29,467 nucleotides of DNA from Clostridia bacterium (GTDB lineage: Bacteria; Bacillota; Clostridia; Oscillospirales; Butyricicoccaceae), in NCBI GenBank assembly GCA_017552495.1, contig JAFZPW010000120.1, forward strand, positions 1 through 29,467, written 5' to 3'. A program made the position numbers and the translations under genes. Below the pieces are notes generated by a model. That model was not told the DNA's origin and did not search any database. It saw only the letters and a program-made list of their open reading frames with translations. This document shows, piece by piece, positions 24,922 to 29,467 of this stretch (position 1 is its first letter; the number at the start of each line of letters is the position of its first letter).

Positions 24922-25728
24922 TTACGCTCGATAGGGGTTTTTTTCCGCCTCGCGGCAAAAAACAAAGCCTTTTTTCCTCCAATGAGGCGATTTGTCCGCA
25001 TACCGGAAGGCTTCCTCCCATGACAAACAGCCGGAGTGCGAGGTAAGCACATATTTGGCGTGGAGCTTGCTGTCCCGGAGTTTTTGCACGCTTTCTCTGT
25101 TCAACGCCGGGTCCTGGTTCCAAAAATCATAAAAGAGCCATCCGCCCTCTTCATTTGCGATGATACAGTCGCCGAAAAACAGATAGATCCCTTTGGCCAG
25201 AAATGCCGTGTGCCCAAGGGTGTGTCCGGGAACGGCGACGGGAAGGATCGATATACCGTTCACCCGCAGCGCCTCCCCCGGTGCAAAAACCTTGTATCGC
25301 GGCAAGGCAATCGGCAGTTTGCACCGATGTCCGGCAATGGTCTTCCGGCTGTATGCGCCGGTCAAATAGGTTTCCTCCTGTGCGCTGATATGGATCTCGG
25401 CATTTGGATAAATCGGCTGGCTTTCGGCGCACACACCGCCCGCGTGATCGATGTCCAGATGGGTCAGAAATACATCCGTAACCTGCTCCGGGGCAATCCC
25501 CAGCATTTTCAGCCCCGCTGATGTGTTTTGGCTGTTTTGATAGCCGCTGTCAATGGCGAGGTATCCGTTTTGGCCTTGAATCAAAAAGCAGTTGACATCC
25601 TTGTCCCGCAGGCAGAAAACGTCGCCGAATACCGTCTGGGTTGGCCGCGGATTCCACATGCCTTTTCCTTTTGTGATTTGGGGTTTTACCACCAGTCCAA
25701 ATAGTTTTATCCAGTTTATTGCTTTCAT
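24922..25728 (-). CDS. MBL-fold metallo-hydrolase
   Basis: AIDSGY, FLTHLDIDHAGG, PGHTLGH, FFGDC, LTSHSG. Confidence 0.88.
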   Translation of the reverse strand: MKAINWIKLFGLVVKPQITKGKGMWNPRPTQTVFGDVFCLRDKDVNCFLIQGQNGYLAIDSGYQNSQNTSAGLKMLGIAPEQVTDVFLTHLDIDHAGGVCAESQPIYPNAEIHISAQEETYLTGAYSRKTIAGHRCKLPIALPRYKVFAPGEALRVNGISILPVAVPGHTLGHTAFLAKGIYLFFGDCIIANEEGGWLFYDFWNQDPALNRESVQKLRDSKLHAKYVLTSHSGCLSWEEAFRYADKSPHWRKKGFVFCREAEKNPYRA

Positions 25729-25827
25729 AATCGTCGTTGTTTCTTCTTCGTTCTCTGTTAGTCAAGTCTAACATGCGGGCCTTTTTGTGCCCCGCCATGA
25801 CAGCGGGGCAGGGTCGCACGGAACTGT

Positions 25828-25946
25828 TTATAAGCCAAACAGCGCTTTCCACGCGGGAAGATAAAATTTTTCCAGCGTTAATTCAAGAATTCTTGGAGGG
25901 CTGCCGCGATCATCTTTTCGTGGTTTTCCGTCTTGTCTCTCGACAT
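25828..25946 (-). pseudogene. TetR-family regulator remnant (large internal deletion)
   Basis: GGGGAAG RBS plus MSRDKTENHEKMIAAALQEFLN* (TetR helix-1-like), followed immediately in another frame by TLEKFYLPAWKALFGL* (resembles the C-terminus of clostridial TetR regulators, from recall). Confidence 0.7.
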
Positions 25947-26002
25947 GGGCTTCCCCTGTTTTGTTCAAACACAAAGTGAACATCGTTCGCTAACGCACCA
26001 TG

Positions 26003-26031
26003 AGAATACACCGTTCGCCAAAGTTTGTCAA
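26003..26031 (-). promoter_or_regulatory. Promoter of the tetR-MBL-ABC operon
   Basis: Minus strand TTGACA (26031-26026), 17 bp spacer, TATTCT (26008-26003). Confidence 0.7.
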
Positions 26032-26163
26032 GAGGGTATTTTTGTTTTTATCCTACGGTTTGCGATGCTGAATTCCCCGCACGTTCTTTCTCAACCACAC
26101 AGTATGTTTGCGTTTTCCGCCCTTTTCCATGCTGCCCAACGCACAGACAATCGGCAGATAAAC

Positions 26164-26206
26164 CACGGCGTCACAGACCGCTTTGATCTGTGACGCCGTT
26201 CTTTTT
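26164..26206. terminator. Hairpin/terminator downstream of the PTS IIC-like gene
   Basis: 13-bp stem ACGGCGTCACAGA / TCTGTGACGCCGT; T-tract follows on the plus strand. Confidence 0.7.
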
Positions 26207-26244
26207 TCCTTTGGAAAACGCCGCTTCCCGCTCCACTTTATGGC

Positions 26245-27315
26245 TTACAGTTTCAGGTCGCCCGCTTTGATCCAGCCCAGTTTGCGGCAGATCACGCCGA
26301 ACAGCAGGCACAAAAGAGCGGGCAGCACAAAACTGATGAGGATGAGCCCGATCCAATCCATGGCGGCGGGGGCAACGACAGAAGCGCCGTGCTCCAGCGC
26401 CTTGGCGCTGGGCGCCAGCCAGCCTGTCCACACGCCGATCTGCCCGCACAGACCGCAGGTGCCCATACCGGAATTGATGGGCTCGCCGTTCATCTGAAGC
26501 TGGAACAGGCAGGTGGCCAGCGGCCCCGTGATGGCCGAGGTCAGGATCGGCGGGATCCAGACCCGGGGATTGCGGACAATGTTGGGCATCTGCAGCATGG
26601 AGGTGCCAAGGCCTTGGCTCACCAGACCGCCCCAGCGGTTTTCCCGGAAACTCATCACGGCAAAGCCCACCATCTGGGCGCAGCAGCCGGCCACCGCCGC
26701 GCCGCCCGCCAGCCCGGTGAGCCCCAGCACCGAGCAGATGGCCGCCGAAGAGATGGGCAGCGTCAGCGCCACGCCCACCAGAACAGATACCGCAATGCCC
26801 ATCCAGAAGGGCTGGAGCTTCGTGGCCTGATCAATCACGTCGCCGAACGCCTTTGCCGCAAGGCCGATGGGCGGCGCGATGAGCTTCGCCAGCAAAACGC
26901 CCACAAAAATGGTGACGGCGGGGGTCACAAGTATATCAATCTTTGTCTCTTTGGAAACCGCTTTGCCGCATTCGGCGGCGATGACGGCGATGATCAAAAC
27001 GGCCAGCGGGCCGCCCGCGCCGCCCTCGGCATTGGCCGCCCATCCCACCGCCGCAAGAGAAAACAGCACCATGGGCGGCGTTTTAAGGGCAAACCCGATG
27101 GCCACCGCCATGGCCGGGCCGGAGACCGCCATGGCGTAAGCGCCGATGTCGGTAAGGGTCTGCCAGCCGATCTGCTGCCCCATCGTGCGCAAGATCGTGC
27201 CGATGAGCAGCGAACAGAACAATCCCTGCGCCATGGCGCCCAGCGCGTCGATGCCATAGCGCCGCGCCGAGATCTCAATATCCTTTCGTTTCAAAAACGC
27301 CTTGAGCTTTTCCAT
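26245..27315 (-). CDS. PTS transporter subunit IIC-like membrane protein (PfoR / PTS_EIIC_2 family)
   Basis: YGIDALGAMAQGLFCSLLIGTIL, LTLPISSAAI, GLGTSMLQMPNIVRNP, SGMGTCGLCGQ signatures. Confidence 0.88.
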   Translation of the reverse strand: MEKLKAFLKRKDIEISARRYGIDALGAMAQGLFCSLLIGTILRTMGQQIGWQTLTDIGAYAMAVSGPAMAVAIGFALKTPPMVLFSLAAVGWAANAEGGAGGPLAVLIIAVIAAECGKAVSKETKIDILVTPAVTIFVGVLLAKLIAPPIGLAAKAFGDVIDQATKLQPFWMGIAVSVLVGVALTLPISSAAICSVLGLTGLAGGAAVAGCCAQMVGFAVMSFRENRWGGLVSQGLGTSMLQMPNIVRNPRVWIPPILTSAITGPLATCLFQLQMNGEPINSGMGTCGLCGQIGVWTGWLAPSAKALEHGASVVAPAAMDWIGLILISFVLPALLCLLFGVICRKLGWIKAGDLKL

Positions 27316-27371
27316 AATGACTTCCTCCTGCGGATCAGATTCCCCCTTGGGGTGTATGCTGTCTATGGCAT

Positions 27372-27400
27372 ATCATATCATGGAACAGATCAAATTGCAA
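27372..27400 (-). promoter_or_regulatory. Promoter for the PTS IIC-like gene
   Basis: Minus strand TTGCAA (27400-27395), 17 bp spacer, TGaTATGAT (-10 at 27377-27372). Confidence 0.65.
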
Positions 27401-27457
27401 TTGCCGCATCATAGAGCGATTCTCCTGTTTTTTTCGATTTTTTGTGAAAAATCCATA

Positions 27458-27485
27458 TTGCAGTCAGGCAAAATATGACTATAAT
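27458..27485 (+). promoter_or_regulatory. Promoter for the antiporter gene
   Basis: TTGCAG (27458-27463), 16 bp spacer, TATAAT (27480-27485). Confidence 0.55.
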
Positions 27486-27532
27486 AATTATTTGTTCGTT
27501 TCTTTCACCATACGTGGAAAAGAGGTTTTACC

Positions 27533-28834
27533 ATGTACGATCTGATCTCGGTGGCCGTCGCTCTGCTGGCCGGCCTTTTGATGACCCGTGTTTTCAAGCT
27601 GCTGCGCGTCAGTTTTCCCGACGTAACAGCCTTTTTGCTGGCCGGTCTTGCCATCGGCCCCTATGGCCTGGGCCGGCTGCAGGTGCCCGGTCTGGGCTTT
27701 CCCGACGATGCCTCCATCGGGCGTTTGAGCATTCTCTCTACGGTGGCGCTGGGCTTTATCGCCTTTGCCATCGGCAACGAATTTCGCCTTTCGCAACTGA
27801 AAAAGACCGGCAAACAGGCCGCCGTCATCGGCGTATTCCAGGCTGTGGTGGCCATGGTGATGGTGGATATCGCCCTCATCCTCCTGCATTTTGCGCTGGG
27901 CGAGGCCGTTTTGCCGCTCTCCGCCGCCATTACCCTGGGAGCCATCGCCACAGCAACCGCTCCCGCCGCCACCCTGATGGTGGTGCGGCAGTATAAGGCA
28001 AAGGGCCCCCTCACCGATCTTCTGCTGCCTATCGTGGCGCTGGACGACGCGGTGGGCCTGGTCTGCTTCGCCGTGTCCTTCGGCATCGCTCAGGCCATGC
28101 TCAGCGGCACCGTCAGCGCCGCCACCGTAATCCTCGAGCCCCTGCTGGAGATCGCCGGCTCACTGGCGCTGGGCGCCGTGATGGGCTGGCTGCTGACGCT
28201 TTTGGAGCGGCTGTTCTTCTCCAACACCAACCGTCTGTCTCTGACCATCGGCTTTGTTCTCGTGACCATCGCCCTTTCTTCTCTCCGGATCGATTTGGGC
28301 TTTGCCGAGCTGCATTTTTCCGCGCTTCTGGTCTGCATGATGCTGGGAACGGTATTCTGCAACCTTTGCCCCCGCTCCGGCGATATCATGAACCGCGCCG
28401 ATAAGTGGACCGCCCCCATTTACGCCCTGTTCTTTGTTCTCAGCGGCGCGCAGCTTGAACTATCGGTGTTCCGCAGCGTCGCCGTAGTGGGCATCGGCCT
28501 GCTCTACATTCTCGCCCGGTCGGCGGGCAAATATCTGGGCACTCGCGTTTCCGCCGCCGCGACAAATTGCGCGCCCTCTATCCGCCGCTATCTGGGCATC
28601 ACGCTTTTGCCCCAGGCGGGCGTGGCGCTGGGCATGTGCACCACCGCTGCCGCTTTGATGGGCAGCTATGAGGGCACGCTGGTCCGCAACATCGTATTGT
28701 TCGGCGTGCTGATCTATGAACTGGTGGGGCCCTCTCTCACCCGCTGGGCGCTGGTCCGGGCCGGCGACGTTTCCCCCACGCCCGAGGAGAAAAAGTCCTA
28801 CGCCCGCTTCAATACGCCAAAATCCAGCCGCTAA
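27533..28834 (+). CDS. Cation:proton antiporter (Na+/H+ exchanger, CPA2-type)
   Basis: Multiple TM helices; ALGFIAFAIGNEF, ATATAPAAT, IVALDDAVGL, LFFVLSGAQL, LLPQAGVALG. Confidence 0.92.
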   Translation: MYDLISVAVALLAGLLMTRVFKLLRVSFPDVTAFLLAGLAIGPYGLGRLQVPGLGFPDDASIGRLSILSTVALGFIAFAIGNEFRLSQLKKTGKQAAVIGVFQAVVAMVMVDIALILLHFALGEAVLPLSAAITLGAIATATAPAATLMVVRQYKAKGPLTDLLLPIVALDDAVGLVCFAVSFGIAQAMLSGTVSAATVILEPLLEIAGSLALGAVMGWLLTLLERLFFSNTNRLSLTIGFVLVTIALSSLRIDLGFAELHFSALLVCMMLGTVFCNLCPRSGDIMNRADKWTAPIYALFFVLSGAQLELSVFRSVAVVGIGLLYILARSAGKYLGTRVSAAATNCAPSIRRYLGITLLPQAGVALGMCTTAAALMGSYEGTLVRNIVLFGVLIYELVGPSLTRWALVRAGDVSPTPEEKKSYARFNTPKSSR

Positions 28835-28842
28835 GCGCGCCT

Positions 28843-28880
28843 TCCCGCAGATCCTTCCGATCTGCGGGTTTTTCTTTTTT
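28843..28880 (+). terminator. Rho-independent terminator of the antiporter gene
   Basis: CCCGCAGATC / GATCTGCGGG stem followed by TTTTTCTTTTTT. Confidence 0.9.
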
Positions 28881-28965
28881 CGGAATTTACCCGCCGTTTA
28901 ACCAACTTTCGGTTTTCTGTGCTATACTATGGATAACCGTCATCTTTTTGCCCGGAGGTGTTCCC

Positions 28966-29467
28966 ATGTCTGTAAAAAAACGGCTGTTCTGGTCACACAT
29001 TCTGATGTTTGCCCTGCCCGTGGCGGCCTATTGGCTGATCTCCTTCGCCGCCGACCGGCTGACGCTGGCCTGGCTGCTGCGACAGAACTATGCTTCGGTG
29101 CAGGATTTCCGCCGGCAGTATTCGGTCACCACCTTTAACAATTCCTATTCCCCCTACCGCGACAGCATTCCGGAACGGTTCGACGAACGGTACTACGCGC
29201 TGCGCGAAGGGCTGCTCGGCGGCGCGGTGACCTCGCCCTCGACCGAAATCGCGGGCGACCTGACACAGGTCCGGCTCGACTGGCTGAACCGGTGGCAGAC
29301 CAAACGCGGCCCGGTCGGAAACCGCCATATCATCGACTGGATCACGCTCGATACCGGCGTCAGCCTCTATCCGAAAAAGGAGCAGGACTACGGCAAGTTT
29401 ATCGGGCTGGTCGATTACGATGCCCGCTGGCATGTCGGGGACCGGTTCAGCGTCCTTTCGAGCGGCC
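28966..29467 (+). CDS. Open frame to window end: N-terminus resembles a clostridial sensor histidine kinase; after about 29110 it resembles a Planctomycete LptD/OstA-type protein (probable chimera)
   Basis: GGAGGTG RBS, TGcTATACT -10 at 28920-28928; MSVKKRLFWSHILMFALPV...QDFRRQ then ...RFDERYYALREGLLGGAVTSPSTEIAGDL...RWQTKRGPVGNRHIIDWITLD...DYDARWHVGDR. Confidence 0.55.
   Translation, partial: MSVKKRLFWSHILMFALPVAAYWLISFAADRLTLAWLLRQNYASVQDFRRQYSVTTFNNSYSPYRDSIPERFDERYYALREGLLGGAVTSPSTEIAGDLTQVRLDWLNRWQTKRGPVGNRHIIDWITLDTGVSLYPKKEQDYGKFIGLVDYDARWHVGDRFSVLSSG

Noticed and set aside
25777-25810. Hairpin TGCCCCGC / GCGGGGCA between the tetR remnant and the MBL gene as a riboswitch or terminator
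   Set aside because: Single stem, no U-tract in the transcribed direction and no recognisable aptamer.
25976-25990. GAAC...GTTC as an additional LexA box (also 21708-21720 and 16349-16356)
   Set aside because: Spacers are 3, 5 and 0 nt rather than the required 4.
1-29467. CRISPR arrays, tRNA/rRNA genes, IS elements, prophage or defence genes
   Set aside because: No regularly spaced repeats, cloverleaf-like sequences, transposase/integrase motifs or recognisable defence domains were seen on manual reading; a tRNAscan/Infernal run would be needed to exclude small RNAs fully.

Overview
A high-GC, housekeeping-rich chromosomal segment from a Firmicutes (Clostridia; Oscillospiraceae/Eubacteriales-like by gene order and protein style, which is an inference). 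It holds trmK (partial), a DUF1858 protein, a zinc-ribbon protein, a SigH-like sigma factor, an Lrp regulator, the rpmH-rnpA-yidD-yidC-jag operon, a SLOG protein with cardiolipin synthase, an M20 peptidase, rarA, an SDR, a DnaD-like protein, the glmU-prs-pth-(amidohydrolase)-mfd-prsA cluster, an accessory GNAT/ABC/MBL/TetR-remnant block, a PTS-IIC-like permease and a cation:proton antiporter. No rRNA, tRNA, CRISPR array or transposase was seen. Most notable observations: (1) an 81-aa membrane micro-protein whose sigma-A promoter is covered by three LexA/SOS-like boxes, a candidate SOS cell-division inhibitor; (2) a DnaD-like protein apparently fused to the Zn-binding N-terminus of the helicase loader without its ATPase; (3) pth with no canonical start, probably AUU-initiated; (4) GlmU with a degenerate uridyltransferase half; (5) rpmH not divergent from dnaA; (6) an internally deleted tetR and a homopolymer-frameshifted ABC ATPase; (7) an in-frame switch at the right end from a clostridial sensor-kinase-like N-terminus to what looks like a Planctomycete LptD-type sequence, probably an assembly chimera. 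All family assignments are by motif recognition and recall, with no database searches run.
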